A stretch of DNA of 64,000 nucleotides, from contig CM114271.1 in NCBI GenBank assembly GCA_050084515.1, positions 22,010,001 to 22,074,000 of the forward strand. Reading direction: 5' to 3'. The DNA is from Blasia pusilla (Eukaryota). Positions within the stretch are counted from its first letter, which is position 1; each line of letters starts with the position of its first letter. The position numbers and the translations under genes were made by a program. Under the pieces are notes generated by a model. It saw only the letters and a list, made by a program, of their open reading frames with translations, searched no databases and was not told the DNA's origin. Below are positions 63,670-64,000 of the stretch, one piece after another.

Positions 63670-64000
63670 GTTGGTAACAGCTACCTATTTCTTCAGAAAA
63701 ACTTTGTTTTTGCAAGTAAAGTAACAATGTTAGTCTCTTTCTTGCCTTGATTGTAATGAAGAATGTAAAGTACATTAAGTATTGAAGATGGCTGTAATCA
63801 GCCCAGTGTCTCAGGTACAATTTGTGGCACTCTGTACCTTATTATCCTTTCATTTTCGGGGAAGACTTATGCTATGTCAACTCTCAGGCTGGTTACTAAT
63901 TGATGGATAAAAGATGAGACTTTGTGGTTCATGAGACTTTGCGACCTTCGGGAAATTCTATTACTTGGCTTATGCTGATGGATGCAAATTGTGGATATTC

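Overview
Land-plant nuclear DNA with spliceosomal introns and TTTAGGG telomeric repeats. A non-seed plant such as a bryophyte is likely, but that is inference. Four host genes are present: VPS41 (-), VPS60/CHMP5 (+), GPAT9 (-) and the 5' part of a phage-type organellar RNA polymerase RpoT (+). Between VPS41 and VPS60 lie a decayed RLE-type non-LTR fragment and a three-level retrotransposon nest. The most striking element (20243-29813) is a Ty3/gypsy retrotransposon whose polyprotein reads gag - protease - DNMT3-like C5-cytosine methyltransferase - RT - RNase H - DDE integrase - PHD finger. It is bounded by split direct repeats (A1...B1-A2-B2) instead of two ordinary LTRs. It sits inside an Athila-like gypsy element (17508-36618, TSD ATACT), which itself interrupts an older, inverted copy of the same methyltransferase family. 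A decayed Helitron lies between GPAT9 and RpoT. An RpoT intron holds a very young Ty1/copia element with non-canonical ends: a 114-bp flanking duplication and a PBS repeated after the 3' LTR. All alignments and motif calls were made by eye.
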